Assembly: GCA_964196585.1 (NCBI GenBank)
Contig: CAXMUM010000002.1
Location: forward strand, 1-41,652
Source: an uncultured Opitutaceae bacterium
Lineage (GTDB): Bacteria > Verrucomicrobiota > Verrucomicrobiia > Opitutales > Opitutaceae
DNA: 41,652 bases
Direction of reading: 5' to 3'
The notes below the pieces were generated by a model, which saw nothing but the letters and a program-made list of their open reading frames with translations, was not told the origin of the DNA and searched no databases. Positions 28,553-39,159 of the stretch are shown in pieces. A program made the position numbers and the translations under genes. Within the stretch, counting starts at the first letter, position 1. Each line of letters begins with the position of its first letter.

Positions 28553-29302
28553 ATGGAGGAATATTATATCCGCAAAGAAGATGACGAAGAAGCTCGTGGT
28601 CCATTCACCATAGAGCAGCTTTCTTCCCTAGTTGAAGCCGAACAAGTTGATCGTGAAACCTTTTACTATGAATCGTCCACCGAAGAATGGGTTCAGGTTT
28701 CGACCAACGAACAACTCGTCGCTACTCTTTTTCCTGAGAAGAAGAAACTAAAAATTAAGCCAAAAGAAGAGATCAAAATCGATTCTTTGAATGTTAAACA
28801 AGAAGATGAAGCTCCCATTGCCGTACAAGATATGCTGGCTGCAGCGGAGGGGAAAACATCTGAAACATCTGATAAAAGAGACCGGAGTGATGATGTAGCA
28901 CGCGCTACAAACGTAGCTGTCCTCTTCAATGCCTTCATCCTACTCATTACAGCAGGAGGTTTACTGGTTCCTAGTTTAAATGATCTCGATCCGGATGAGA
29001 TTCTCAAAAGCCTGGCCAACCCGCTTTTCATCCTCGGTGTTATCGATCTGGTTCTCTGTGTAGTTCTTTTCCTACAAGTCTCTATGTTTACCCTTATCCG
29101 CTTTAGAGCGGCTTTTGGACTGGGATTTTACGGGTGGCTTTATTTGGCCCAAGATAATGAACTCTTACTTCTCGCAGCTATTTTCACTTCCGCAGGACTC
29201 TTTTTAAATACCCTCTTTAGAAATCTATTGGGTGTCATCATCGCCAGCTCTTTTGTCGGTCTGGTAGGCGCTTTGGCTTTCGCCTATCTCATGATTCTCT
29301 AG
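28553..29302 (+). CDS. GYF_2 (DUF4339)-domain membrane protein
   Basis: 249-aa ORF with an N-terminal GYF-like module (YYIRKEDDEEARGPFTIEQLSSLVEAEQVDRETFYYESSTEEWVQV), a charged linker and about four predicted TM helices. Confidence 0.6.
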   Translation: MEEYYIRKEDDEEARGPFTIEQLSSLVEAEQVDRETFYYESSTEEWVQVSTNEQLVATLFPEKKKLKIKPKEEIKIDSLNVKQEDEAPIAVQDMLAAAEGKTSETSDKRDRSDDVARATNVAVLFNAFILLITAGGLLVPSLNDLDPDEILKSLANPLFILGVIDLVLCVVLFLQVSMFTLIRFRAAFGLGFYGWLYLAQDNELLLLAAIFTSAGLFLNTLFRNLLGVIIASSFVGLVGALAFAYLMIL

Positions 29303-29396
29303 TCTGCGTTGAGGCCTTCAAAAATTCCCACTAGAGAAGGATCTAAAGGATTCTTCACCTGGAGAGGCGGCTAAACGCAAAAATCCATACTTTTTC

Positions 29397-30887
29397 ATGG
29401 CGTCCTCATCTCTGCTCAAAAGATTCACCGAGAGACGAACTCACTTCGTTTCTGTTTTGCGAAGGGATATCTGGAAAACAAACACGCTCGGGGATAAAAC
29501 AATAAAAGGGAGAGCTTTCTCCATACTCAGGGTTCTTTCGATCACCTGGACAGGGTTAATTGAAAACAAAGTCACGAGTCGAGCCGCCGCACTCAGTTAC
29601 AGCTCTCTCCTTGGGTTGGGCCCTATGGTCGCCATCGCAGTCCTCTTCTCTGGTATTGTGCTGGAGAGAAGCGATCCTCAGGTAGCCGTTCAATCGCTGA
29701 ACAAAGCCCTACATTTTATTGCGCCCCAACTGGCCGAATATGAAAACCTGGAGGAAAACAAAGATTCACAGGAAACAAATCTATCTGGAGAGCAAAGTGC
29801 CAAAAATCAGCGGCAATCAGCCGTTGTAAATCTCCTAAACGAATTTATCGAAGGCAGTCGTTCAAAAGCTGTAGGGATAGCTGGTGCACTCGTCTTGGTG
29901 TTTATTGTTATCCAACTCTTCACTTCAGTTGAGAACGCTTTCAATAATATCTGGGGAGTTCGACGCGGTCGAAACTGGTTATTAAGGATCGTTTTCTATT
30001 GGACGGCCATCACGCTGGGAGCGGTTCTCGTCTTCGCTGGACTCACTATGCTTTCCGCAGCTGCCCTCGCCTCCATCCTACAACAGATTCCTGGAGGCAC
30101 GGTTATAGGAAATCTTCTTTCTTCCGGAATGCCTCTCATTTCTCTTTTCGTCCTAGTGGGTTTATTGTCCCTCTTCTATCGTTTCATTCCAAATACCAAC
30201 GTCTATTGGGTTCCCGCCATCATTGGATCAGTTGTCGTCATAGGGCTCCTCTATCTGAACAATATTATGGCATTTCTCTACTTTCGAAGAGTTCTCATTT
30301 CCCATAGCCTCTATGGTTCCCTCGGTATCCTTCCAATTCTCATGGTAGGGCTCTTTATCTTTTGGTTCTTTGTCCTTTTGGGGGGACAAATTACCTATGC
30401 CGTACAAAATGCGAATTTCCGAAGCAGCCAGACAGCCTGGAATGACTTGAGTCAGGAATCCAGAGAACATCTTTCACTACTTGTCCTCGTTCTCATCTGC
30501 CGGCGCTTTAAAGAATGCGCCCCTCCCTATACCGCCTCTCAACTCGCAAAGATCACCCGTATTCCTACCCAGATCCTCAATGAAAGCTTAAACAGGTTGG
30601 TCGACCTAAAGCTTCTCACCAATATCCCCCCATCGGAAGAGGAAACCTCACTCGAGCACCATTTCCAGCCAGCGATGCCTTTGGATCGTATTAATCTAGA
30701 GAAATTCTCCCATCTATTTTCACGTTACGGAGAAACTCCCGACGAAGCATTCATCGAAAATAGCGATCCTATCGTTGCTCATTTCAGGCAGAAACGCCAA
30801 GTATGGATGGAAGAAACCTTTGGAAACGAAACGATCGCTTCCTTAATTGAAAGCCTTAAAGTTCCTTCTCCCAAAGAGGCTGTCTGA
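29397..30887 (+). CDS. YihY/BrkB-family inner-membrane protein with C-terminal cytoplasmic extension
   Basis: 496-aa ORF with the family-typical N-terminus (…SRAAALSYSSLLGLGPMVAIAVLF…, …FNNIWGVRRGRNW…) and six or so TM segments. A soluble extension of ~130 aa follows (LVLICRRFKECAPPYTASQLAKITRIPTQILNESLNRLVDLKLL, winged-helix-like). Confidence 0.75.
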   Translation: MASSSLLKRFTERRTHFVSVLRRDIWKTNTLGDKTIKGRAFSILRVLSITWTGLIENKVTSRAAALSYSSLLGLGPMVAIAVLFSGIVLERSDPQVAVQSLNKALHFIAPQLAEYENLEENKDSQETNLSGEQSAKNQRQSAVVNLLNEFIEGSRSKAVGIAGALVLVFIVIQLFTSVENAFNNIWGVRRGRNWLLRIVFYWTAITLGAVLVFAGLTMLSAAALASILQQIPGGTVIGNLLSSGMPLISLFVLVGLLSLFYRFIPNTNVYWVPAIIGSVVVIGLLYLNNIMAFLYFRRVLISHSLYGSLGILPILMVGLFIFWFFVLLGGQITYAVQNANFRSSQTAWNDLSQESREHLSLLVLVLICRRFKECAPPYTASQLAKITRIPTQILNESLNRLVDLKLLTNIPPSEEETSLEHHFQPAMPLDRINLEKFSHLFSRYGETPDEAFIENSDPIVAHFRQKRQVWMEETFGNETIASLIESLKVPSPKEAV

Positions 30888-30997
30888 AATTAAGTCGCCG
30901 CACCTTGGAACAGATTTGATTTCGAAAGCTAAATTATCGTATACATAAAAAGTATATGAGGCCACAAAAGGTTTCGTATTTGTTTCTTTGTCCATTG

Positions 30998-31025
30998 TTG
31001 ACACCGGGTATCTGACTCCTAGCAT
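30998..31025 (+). promoter_or_regulatory. Possible sigma70-type promoter for the PpiD-like gene
   Basis: TTGACA (30998..31003), a 16-nt spacer, then TAGCAT (31020..31025), 25 nt upstream of the ATG at 31051. This is pattern match only. Confidence 0.25.
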
Positions 31026-31050
31026 CAGCCACTTTTAATTAGGGCATATT

Positions 31051-32718
31051 ATGATCTCCTGGCTGCAAACTCGCTTTCAAAAGCATTACCAAGTTCTCTT
31101 TATTGTCCTTTTGGCAGTACTGATCGTCTCCTTCGTTTTTACGATTGGAGAATTTCCAGGTCTTGGCAGTGGCCAACCAACCGCCAAAAAAGTAAACCTG
31201 TTTGGCATTTCTCTAAACTCTGAAAGAGAAAAACGCGATTTCACCGAATCTGCGCAATTGAGCGCCTATCTACAAACCGGGCGCCCTGGATATAATCCCG
31301 ATCAAATCCAAAATTACGCTTTCCAGCGAGTAGCCGCATTACACCTCGCAGATCAATTTCATCTTCCGAAACCGACAGAAGAACAAAAAGCCATCTACCT
31401 ACAGAGTATGGCATTATTCAAAGGAACAGATGGCCTATTCAGCCAGGAAGCCTATAGCGACTTCCTCGACAACCTGAATACGAATCCAAACCTACGAAAA
31501 GAGACTATTGCCAGAGTTTTAATCGAAGATTACCGTATCGATCAGACAAACAAGCTCCTCGGAGGGCCTGGTTATGTCCTTCCCTCGGAAGTAAGCTCCC
31601 AACTCGCCAGAACAAAAACAAAATGGACTGTTGAGCAGGCAACCCTAGAAAGCAGCGGCCTTTCGTTTAGCATCACTCCATCAGATGAAGAATTGCTAGA
31701 ATACTATGAAGCAAATAAGTTTCGCTACGGAGTTCCTGAAAAAATGGAGGTAGCCTATGTGGAATTCAGAGGAGAACGCTATTTAAGCTCGATCCCTTCT
31801 CCAGACGAAATTGCCCTCAAAGACTATTTTGAAAAAAACAAAGCACGTTTTAAAAAGCCAGGGCCACCTAAAATTGATCCCTTGCAACCTGAAGAAAATC
31901 AGGAAGAGGTTACATTCGAAGAAGTTCGAACTCAGGTAGATCTTGAAATGAAGCTAATAGTAGCTCAAAAAAAGGCCCTCCAAGAAGCCTCGGATTTTGG
32001 ATACACTCTTTTTGAAAACAAAGTCGAACGAGATTCCGAAGAACTGGCTACAGGTATTTCAAAAAGCAATCTGACCCTAAAAATGGTCCCTGCCTTCACA
32101 TCTGACGAATCTCCTGAAGGAGGACGTTGGAGCCAACAAATCGTTAAAGAAGCCTTTAAACTTTCAGAAAAACACTGGTTTTCAGATCCACTACCAATTG
32201 GAAATTCTGCAATCATCCTCTTCTACAATGAGCGCCTTGTCTCTTATGTCCCAGACTTTGAAGATGTTAAAGAGTCGGTTATCACAGACTTTAACGAAGT
32301 TCGGGAAAAAGAGCTTTTTATTGAAAAAGGTAGCAACCTCCAAAAAAGCCTAACCGAACAATTGGCGAGCGGAGATACCTTTACCGAAGCTGCAGAAAAA
32401 GCCGGATTGCAAACGCAAACATGGACTTCTTTTACCCTCCGAACCCCACCCTCTGATTTTGATTACTCCCTCCTATCACGACTGGAACAGATTGCTGAAG
32501 GTAATATTTCAGATATGATCGTAACCAAAGAAAAAGGCACATTTCTTCATGTCATCTCAAAGGAAGTCCCCGAAGAAGCTTTGGCAGGAGAAGAATTTGA
32601 TCAAACAACTGCTCAACTTGCTGAGATGAATTCACGTGTTCAGCAAAATCTGATTATCAGTGATATACTCCAGCAAGAACTCATTAAAGTTGGACTCGCC
32701 GACAGCAAAGAAGAGTAG
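31051..32718 (+). CDS. PpiD-like membrane-anchored periplasmic chaperone (SurA-N / parvulin-like architecture)
   Basis: 555-aa ORF whose N-terminus MISWLQTRFQKHYQVLFIVLLAVLIVSFVF matches the PpiD-type start and single TM anchor. The remainder is a long, largely helical periplasmic region. I did not see a clear catalytic parvulin signature. Confidence 0.6.
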   Translation: MISWLQTRFQKHYQVLFIVLLAVLIVSFVFTIGEFPGLGSGQPTAKKVNLFGISLNSEREKRDFTESAQLSAYLQTGRPGYNPDQIQNYAFQRVAALHLADQFHLPKPTEEQKAIYLQSMALFKGTDGLFSQEAYSDFLDNLNTNPNLRKETIARVLIEDYRIDQTNKLLGGPGYVLPSEVSSQLARTKTKWTVEQATLESSGLSFSITPSDEELLEYYEANKFRYGVPEKMEVAYVEFRGERYLSSIPSPDEIALKDYFEKNKARFKKPGPPKIDPLQPEENQEEVTFEEVRTQVDLEMKLIVAQKKALQEASDFGYTLFENKVERDSEELATGISKSNLTLKMVPAFTSDESPEGGRWSQQIVKEAFKLSEKHWFSDPLPIGNSAIILFYNERLVSYVPDFEDVKESVITDFNEVREKELFIEKGSNLQKSLTEQLASGDTFTEAAEKAGLQTQTWTSFTLRTPPSDFDYSLLSRLEQIAEGNISDMIVTKEKGTFLHVISKEVPEEALAGEEFDQTTAQLAEMNSRVQQNLIISDILQQELIKVGLADSKEE

Positions 32719-32750
32719 AGCTTTCCTTTGAGCAAATTCGCTCATTTGCT

Positions 32751-32999
32751 ATGCCGCTTTACCAATACGAACCTTTTAAAACACCGTGTAAACTATGCGG
32801 CAAAGGATTTGAATTGGCTCAAAAAGCCTCGGATCCGAAGTTGTCCGAATGTCCAAAATGTGGACAGGCGGTACGTCGATCATCGCCACAGGCGATCAAT
32901 ACTCCCTTTTATAGTAAACCTCTCTCGATAAGTGATGCCAAAGCCTCCGGGTTCACAGTGCTTAAAAAGACCTCAAAGGGAGAATACGAAAAGCAGTAA
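32751..32999 (+). CDS. FmdB-family zinc-ribbon protein
   Basis: 82-aa ORF starting MPLYQYEP...CKLCGKGFE...CPKCG, with two CxxC pairs as in the FmdB/CxxC_CxxC_SSSS family. Confidence 0.75.
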   Translation: MPLYQYEPFKTPCKLCGKGFELAQKASDPKLSECPKCGQAVRRSSPQAINTPFYSKPLSISDAKASGFTVLKKTSKGEYEKQ

Positions 33000-33000
33000 G

Positions 33001-33936
33001 TTATCGAAATAAAGCCTGAGGATCAACAGTGTCCATTTCATCACTTATCTTTACGATATGATGCTCCGGGAGTTGATGGCGAAACCAAGTTCTCTGTTTC
33101 TTAACCAATCGCCTTGTATTGGTCGCAATCTCCTCAATCAAATCTTCGATATCTTTTTTATTCATTTCCAGCCAGGAAATGGTTTCTCTGTAACCAATGG
33201 CAGAAGAGGCACTGTGATTCTTCAAAATATCTGAAGGTAAAAGCTTTTCGACCTCCTGAATCAAACCTTCATCTATCATCTTTCGAACTCTGCGTAAGAT
33301 TCTTTCATTGAGTTCATCACCCGGTCGATCCAGCACACAAATCTGCCTTTTTCTCTCCATCACCCAATTCGTTGCTTTCTGGAAGGTTTCCTGAAGTTCC
33401 GCCAACGATTTCCCCGAAAGAAGGCATCTTTCAAGTGCCCGGACAACTCGACGAGGGTTGTTGAGATCCAACAAATTTTCGAGACCAGTTGGATTCAATT
33501 CACTCAGTTCTGATACCAAATCAGCCAACCCTTCCTTTTCCAATCGAGATTCCAAACTTTCCCTTAGTGCCGCATCAACCGGCAAATCATCTACCACCGG
33601 TGCAAAAAAAGCCTTTAGATAAAATCCACTGCCACCTGTTACCAACACCTTCTTTCCTCTATCCTGGATATCTCTTATCGCACCTTCAGCCATTTGAAGA
33701 TAACGGCGGATGTCCATTGCCTCATTAACATCACAAATATCAATCAAGTGATGTTGGATACGCGAACGATCAGTAACGGATGGTTTGGCCGTGCCAATAT
33801 CCATTCCTCTATAAAATAGCAGGGCATCACACGATACGATCTCAGCGTTATTTTGCTCCGCCCACTGTAGAGAAAGCTCTGTTTTCCCTACAGCCGTATA
33901 ACCGGTTAACAAAAAAATAGAAGAATCTAGAAGCAA
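33001..33936 (-). CDS. miaA: tRNA dimethylallyltransferase MiaA
   Basis: 311-aa ORF with a P-loop-like LLTGYTAVGKTELS, then VSCDALLFYRGMDIGTAKPS, IQHHLIDI and VTGGSGFYLKAFF, all typical of MiaA. Confidence 0.9.
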   Translation of the reverse strand: MLLDSSIFLLTGYTAVGKTELSLQWAEQNNAEIVSCDALLFYRGMDIGTAKPSVTDRSRIQHHLIDICDVNEAMDIRRYLQMAEGAIRDIQDRGKKVLVTGGSGFYLKAFFAPVVDDLPVDAALRESLESRLEKEGLADLVSELSELNPTGLENLLDLNNPRRVVRALERCLLSGKSLAELQETFQKATNWVMERKRQICVLDRPGDELNERILRRVRKMIDEGLIQEVEKLLPSDILKNHSASSAIGYRETISWLEMNKKDIEDLIEEIATNTRRLVKKQRTWFRHQLPEHHIVKISDEMDTVDPQALFR

Positions 33937-34047
33937 TGTTGTGTTCCCCTATCTCGACAAAAGTTCATTTTTACAAACCGGTTTGATCCTTCACCTGTTC
34001 CGATAGACCCCTTTTTCCCTTCAAAGTAGAGATCTCCATAAAAGCTT

Positions 34048-34851
34048 CTAAGAAGCATGTACACCGGCCACCAAATCCATCGCTGTTTCTCGCAAGCGAT
34101 CAATCATACGATTCTGATCTTCCAGTTCTTCTCCTATACAATTGACCAGTGCGCTGCCAACCACAACCCCGTCTGAGCACCGAGCAACCTCTTTTACATG
34201 TTCCCGAGTGGCTATACCAAAACCAACCACTACGGGCAATTCCGTATGCGTTTTTATCTTTTGGACATTTTCACCAATACCACTCGATAAACGATCACTC
34301 ACTCCGGTAACACCTGTGCGAGGAACGTAATAAATAAACCCTGAAGCCGATTTCGAAATCACCTTCATTCGCTCATCAGAAGTCGTCGGAGCGATAATGA
34401 AGATATTTTTTATGTCTTGTTCCTCACAGACTTTGCACAAATCCCCCGCTTCTTCAGGAGGCAGGTCCAGAGTCAGAAAACCATCCACACCCGCTTCCTT
34501 TGCTTTTCGAACATAAGCCTCTATCCCTTGTGAGAAAATCAAATTATAATAGGTATATAGCACAATTGGCACTTCACTATACTTACGAACAGCCTTAACC
34601 AGGTTGAGGACATCATCCCCACTAATACCCGACTCCAGAGCCCTCTGAGCAGCTAGCTGATTCGTCAATCCATCCGCTAATGGATCTGAAAACGGTACTC
34701 CAAGTTCAAGAATGTCGACACCACTCTCTATTAAAGTCCGGCATGCAAGCGCCGATACCTCAAAATTCGGATCTCCCGCACATACATATGCTACAAAACA
34801 GGAACGATCTTCTTGCCCGGCACTCGAAAATGAATTTGCTATACGGTCCAT
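34048..34851 (-). CDS. trpA: Tryptophan synthase alpha chain
   Basis: Motifs: FVAYVCAGDP, ILELGVPFSDPLADG (catalytic Glu/Asp region), YYVPRTGVTG and VVGFGIAT. The start is set at the ATG at 34851 (MDRIANSF...); the ORF track's 25-aa hydrophobic extension to 34926 looks spurious. Confidence 0.9.
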   Translation of the reverse strand: MDRIANSFSSAGQEDRSCFVAYVCAGDPNFEVSALACRTLIESGVDILELGVPFSDPLADGLTNQLAAQRALESGISGDDVLNLVKAVRKYSEVPIVLYTYYNLIFSQGIEAYVRKAKEAGVDGFLTLDLPPEEAGDLCKVCEEQDIKNIFIIAPTTSDERMKVISKSASGFIYYVPRTGVTGVSDRLSSGIGENVQKIKTHTELPVVVGFGIATREHVKEVARCSDGVVVGSALVNCIGEELEDQNRMIDRLRETAMDLVAGVHAS

Positions 34852-35022
34852 AAGACGCAAAAATCTAACCAACGGCAATAGGACATAGAAGCAAAAAATA
34901 CGAAAAGGTCTCGGGGGAATCACCATACAGGGCTGTTTCGTTAAGAAACCCGAGGGGATAGCCCAAAGTAATCGTAAGTTTTGGATTCACAACGATGAAG
35001 ATTCGATCACCTTCTTTGTTAG

Positions 35023-35718
35023 ATGGATCCCTCCGAAACAACAATTGATGCCTTTGAAAGGCAGATAGGCTACTCCTTTAAAAACAAAGGCTTGTTGATT
35101 GAAAGCCTGACCCATCCATCATCATCTCCTGAAGTACACAATAACCAGAGGCTGGAATTCCTAGGAGATGCCGTCATCCAGCTTATTTTGACAAGGAAAC
35201 TCTTTGTCGAATACCCGACTGAAAGAGAAGGCATTCTAAGCCGCTATCGCACGACCCTCGCACAGGGATCATTTCTCACAGGTCTTGCCCTAAAACTCGG
35301 CATCGACGAAATCCTACAAGTAAGCCCCGCAGAAAGATCCGTTCAGGGCCATCTTCGGCCGTCCGCTCTAGAAGATGCCTTTGAAGCCTTAGTCGGGGCC
35401 ATCTTTACAGATACTGAAAACGATCTTAGCAAAACAGCTGATATTGTTCTATCATGGTACGGCGATGTTTCCTCTCATTTGCAAAACCAGGAACACGACC
35501 TAAACCCTAAAGGGCGCTTACAGGAAATCATACAACCCAAGCATGGGAATGATGCTCTCTCTTACGTTGTTATTCGTATGGATGGAGAACCTCATGAACG
35601 AGAATTTGAAATAGAAGTTTTCCTTTTCGAGCAATCCCTCGGCTCAGGAATCGGCAAATCAAAAAAAGAGGCCGAAGAAGAGGCTGCTCGCCAGGCACTG
35701 CTAAAAATTGCGCCCTAG
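35023..35718 (+). CDS. rnc: Ribonuclease III
   Basis: 231-aa ORF with the signature NQRLEFLGDAV and a second acidic cluster SALEDAFEALVGAIF. The C-terminal dsRBD includes GSGIGKSKKEAEEEAARQAL. Confidence 0.93.
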   Translation: MDPSETTIDAFERQIGYSFKNKGLLIESLTHPSSSPEVHNNQRLEFLGDAVIQLILTRKLFVEYPTEREGILSRYRTTLAQGSFLTGLALKLGIDEILQVSPAERSVQGHLRPSALEDAFEALVGAIFTDTENDLSKTADIVLSWYGDVSSHLQNQEHDLNPKGRLQEIIQPKHGNDALSYVVIRMDGEPHEREFEIEVFLFEQSLGSGIGKSKKEAEEEAARQALLKIAP

Positions 35719-35748
35719 ACATTATCTAAAAAACGAAGGGGCCTAAGA

Positions 35749-38700
35749 ATGAAAGTGTTTGTACGAATTTCTGAAATTTCGAAGATGATGACTCGTCTGA
35801 TTGGTGTCGGTGAGACAACTCAGGCAATTGTGGCGGAAGATTGGATACGAAATGAAAAGGCTCCCATATGGATCCTCATAACAAACAGCATCAAGGAGGC
35901 AGAACAACTGACTGAGGATATCGGGTTTTTTCATCAAGGGAATGCGACTCCAAAAATTGCAGTTAAATGCCTGTACTATCCAGAAATCCCAGAAGATAGT
36001 GCAAATACATCCGATCGATTTGAGGCGGCAAGTGATCGTTTAACCATTTTATGCGACCTTCACCGTCATGTCACAGAACATAATACTAATGATAAATTAG
36101 TCGTTACGGCAACCCTGCAGGCGCTCCTGCAACCAGTTCCGCAGCTTGAGTCCTTACAGAACAAAAACATCTCCCTAAAAAAAGGGACCCAATACGGCCA
36201 TTCTAAATTGGTTGAAGCCTTACACTCGATTGAATACGATTATGAAGGCCTTTGCGAAGCACCCGGTCAATTCGCTGTTCGAGGAGGAATCATTGATCTC
36301 TATCCTGTAACAGCTAACGAACCTTACCGAATCGATTTCTTTGGCGATGAGATCGAAAGCATTTCGACCTTTGACCCAGTAACACAACGCTCAAAAGAAA
36401 GAGTAAAAGAGATCCAACTTACCCCTTCTCCATCCCTTGAACTCAGCTCCTCCAGAAAAGGGTTCTCAGAATATCTTGGGGAAACGGTCAATTGGTTGTT
36501 CATCGAACCTGAAGCCATTGAACAGACCCTGGAGGAATCCCCTTCCCCATTAAATACGTCCTGGCAGACCCTTATTGAAAACAGGCAATCTTGTACAGAC
36601 CGTTGGTTTACAATATCCGATCTCGATCTGGAGACCCTGGTAGATGACAACACTCCTGAAACAATTACGTATGACGCCGAATCACTTTCGCTCTATCGTT
36701 CCTATCCAGATGAAAGCAAACTCGCAGATGAGCGGTTAATTGATGAACAATCTGCCCGCTCTAGTTTTCTCAAAGAGCTACACCAATGGCACCTCGATGG
36801 ATTTCAGGTTCTTTTCATTCTACCTAGTAAAGGAGAATGTGATCGAGCGAAAGAGCTTCTTGCCGAAGAACATATTTTTACAAAGGCGACTCCCAATTTC
36901 CTTATTGGAAATACCAATGAAGGATTTCGTATACAATTTCGAAAATCTCTGGGTAGGCTACGGCAACCTTCTCTTAAAAAGGCATCAGGATTAGTCGTCG
37001 TCACTGAAACAGAATTATTCGGGTACCGGCGCCGACGCCAAACGCAACTGCGCTCAAAAGCCTTGGTAAACCAATCTCAGGTTGATCAACTGCTCGATTT
37101 TTCCGAAATTGTCGAAGGAGAATTCGTCGTCCATCTTCAACACGGCATAGCTGTTTTTCGAGGGATCACTAAGATAGAGATGAGCGGCCAAGTCCGAGAG
37201 GTTCTTTCATTGGAATTCGATAAGGGAGTGACACTCCACGTTCCCTTGCAAGAATCCCATCTCGTTAGCCGCTATGTAGGTGTTGCCAAAATACGACCTC
37301 AACTGGGAAAAGTTGGAAGCGGAAGATGGGAAAAAACAAGGCAAGCAGCTGAGCGGGCGACTCTTGATTACGCAGCGAAACTACTGGAAATGCAGGCACG
37401 ACGTGACCTCACACCTGGCTTCCCTTTTCCAAAAGACACACAATGGCAACAGGAATTCGAAGCATCTTTTCCCTACCGGGAAACACCGGACCAATTAACT
37501 GCTATCAACGAGACAAAAGAAGATATGGAAATCGACACTCCGATGGATCGACTCATCTGCGGTGATGTTGGCTTCGGAAAAACGGAGGTCGCTCTACGAG
37601 CCGCATTCAAAGCGGTTATGGGAGGGAAACAAGTAGCTCTCCTTGTCCCGACGACTGTTCTGGCCCAACAACACTTTAACACTTTTCGAGAACGCTTTGG
37701 AGCTTTCCCGGTAGTGGTAGAAGTGATCAGTCGATTTCGCTCTCGCCACAACCAAAAGAAAATCCTCCATGCTCTGGCCGAAGGGAAAGTCGATATCCTC
37801 ATCGGGACTCACCGATTAATTCAAAAGGATGTTCATTTTCCAAATCTAGGACTGGTCATTCTAGACGAAGAGCAACGTTTCGGCGTAAAGCACAAAGAGA
37901 CCTTCAAAGAATGGTCAACCAGCGTTGATGTCCTGTCTATGAGTGCAACCCCTATTCCAAGGACTCTTTACATGGCACTGACAGGAGCAAGAAACCTCAG
38001 TGTTATCGAAACTCCTCCTGCCGCACGTCGACCGGTAAAAACTATCATTAAAAACTATGACGATGCTTTGGTAACTGAAGTCATCCAAAAAGAAATCCGT
38101 CGTGGAGGGCAGGTCTTTTACTTGCATAACCGAGTTCAAACTATTGACAACGTCGCTGCTCGCCTAAGGAAGCTTGTTCCCGAAGCTTCTATCTGTATCG
38201 GGCACGGACAGATGAAGGAAAAGGACCTCGAGCAGATCATGCTGGAGTTCATAAATAATCGCTATCAAGTGCTCGTTTGTACAACCATCATTGAATCAGG
38301 GATAGATCTACCCAATTGCAATACCATCATCATTGAAAGTGCCGACAGATTCGGATTATCCCAGCTCTATCAGTTAAGAGGTCGGGTCGGGCGGTTCAAA
38401 CATCAGGCCTATGCGTATCTCCTGCTACATCGGCATGCGCGCTTACTCGATATTGCGCGAAAGCGCCTTCATGCCATTCGCCAACACAATCAACTTGGAG
38501 CTGGCTTTCGTATAGCAATGCGGGACCTGGAGCTAAGAGGAGCCGGCAATCTCCTGGGGGCTCAACAAAGCGGTCATATTGTTGGAGTAGGCTTTGAACT
38601 TTACTGCCAACTAATCCGACAAAGTATCGCTAGACTCAAAGGAGAAACCAGCGCCGAAACTATTCGTGCCTCCGTAAAAATCGATTTCATCTATCAAGGT

Positions 38701-39156
38701 GAAGGAAAGAGCGGTTCCTCGCAAGGGTACCAGACAGGCTATACCGTCCTAAAAAATGAAGAATTGGATCAAAATACTTGCCCTCCTCTAGAGGCACGTA
38801 TTTCTACCAACTATATTAAGGAAACAAGACTCCGAATCGATTTCTATCGAAAGCTAGCTATGTCAGCCTCACTCCCCGAAATTGAACAGTTGGCTTTAGA
38901 CCTAAAAGATCGATTTGGACTCCTTCCCGAACAGGTGAAAGCATTGATCAGCATTACAGAAATTCGCTGCCTCGCGGAACAAAAGAATGTTCTAGTCGTC
39001 GAAACAGAAGGAAATAGACTAAAATGCCGTAGAAACAGCCCAAAAGATGACGATTACATCATGCTGGGGAACCGCTTTCCCCGCTTGACCGCAAAACAAC
39101 CTCTACTAAGGTTAAATGAGATTATTATTTTCTTACAAAATCTTCCCAACCGATAA
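35749..39156 (+). CDS. mfd: Transcription-repair coupling factor Mfd
   Basis: 1135-aa ORF with a UvrB-homology N-terminal region, a CarD/RID-like segment ([15 protein letters not shown]), SF2 translocase motifs ([36 protein letters not shown]) and a TRG-like region. Confidence 0.95.
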   Translation: MKVFVRISEISKMMTRLIGVGETTQAIVAEDWIRNEKAPIWILITNSIKEAEQLTEDIGFFHQGNATPKIAVKCLYYPEIPEDSANTSDRFEAASDRLTILCDLHRHVTEHNTNDKLVVTATLQALLQPVPQLESLQNKNISLKKGTQYGHSKLVEALHSIEYDYEGLCEAPGQFAVRGGIIDLYPVTANEPYRIDFFGDEIESISTFDPVTQRSKERVKEIQLTPSPSLELSSSRKGFSEYLGETVNWLFIEPEAIEQTLEESPSPLNTSWQTLIENRQSCTDRWFTISDLDLETLVDDNTPETITYDAESLSLYRSYPDESKLADERLIDEQSARSSFLKELHQWHLDGFQVLFILPSKGECDRAKELLAEEHIFTKATPNFLIGNTNEGFRIQFRKSLGRLRQPSLKKASGLVVVTETELFGYRRRRQTQLRSKALVNQSQVDQLLDFSEIVEGEFVVHLQHGIAVFRGITKIEMSGQVREVLSLEFDKGVTLHVPLQESHLVSRYVGVAKIRPQLGKVGSGRWEKTRQAAERATLDYAAKLLEMQARRDLTPGFPFPKDTQWQQEFEASFPYRETPDQLTAINETKEDMEIDTPMDRLICGDVGFGKTEVALRAAFKAVMGGKQVALLVPTTVLAQQHFNTFRERFGAFPVVVEVISRFRSRHNQKKILHALAEGKVDILIGTHRLIQKDVHFPNLGLVILDEEQRFGVKHKETFKEWSTSVDVLSMSATPIPRTLYMALTGARNLSVIETPPAARRPVKTIIKNYDDALVTEVIQKEIRRGGQVFYLHNRVQTIDNVAARLRKLVPEASICIGHGQMKEKDLEQIMLEFINNRYQVLVCTTIIESGIDLPNCNTIIIESADRFGLSQLYQLRGRVGRFKHQAYAYLLLHRHARLLDIARKRLHAIRQHNQLGAGFRIAMRDLELRGAGNLLGAQQSGHIVGVGFELYCQLIRQSIARLKGETSAETIRASVKIDFIYQGEGKSGSSQGYQTGYTVLKNEELDQNTCPPLEARISTNYIKETRLRIDFYRKLAMSASLPEIEQLALDLKDRFGLLPEQVKALISITEIRCLAEQKNVLVVETEGNRLKCRRNSPKDDDYIMLGNRFPRLTAKQPLLRLNEIIIFLQNLPNR

Positions 39157-39159
39157 CTC

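Noticed and set aside
32997-33003. Convergent fmdB-like and miaA stop codons are separated by a single nucleotide with no terminator between them.
   Set aside because: This is just tight packing. No structure or motif suggests more than read-through or overlapping 3' ends.
34910-34954. Inverted repeat CTCGGG…CCCGAG enclosing GTTT(C)-GTTAA-(G)AAAC in the trpA/rnc divergent region. I considered it as an RNase III autoregulatory leader hairpin.
   Set aside because: The stems are short (6 bp and 4-5 bp), share a nucleotide, and are separated by a large unpaired loop. That is too weak to call without folding energies or conservation.
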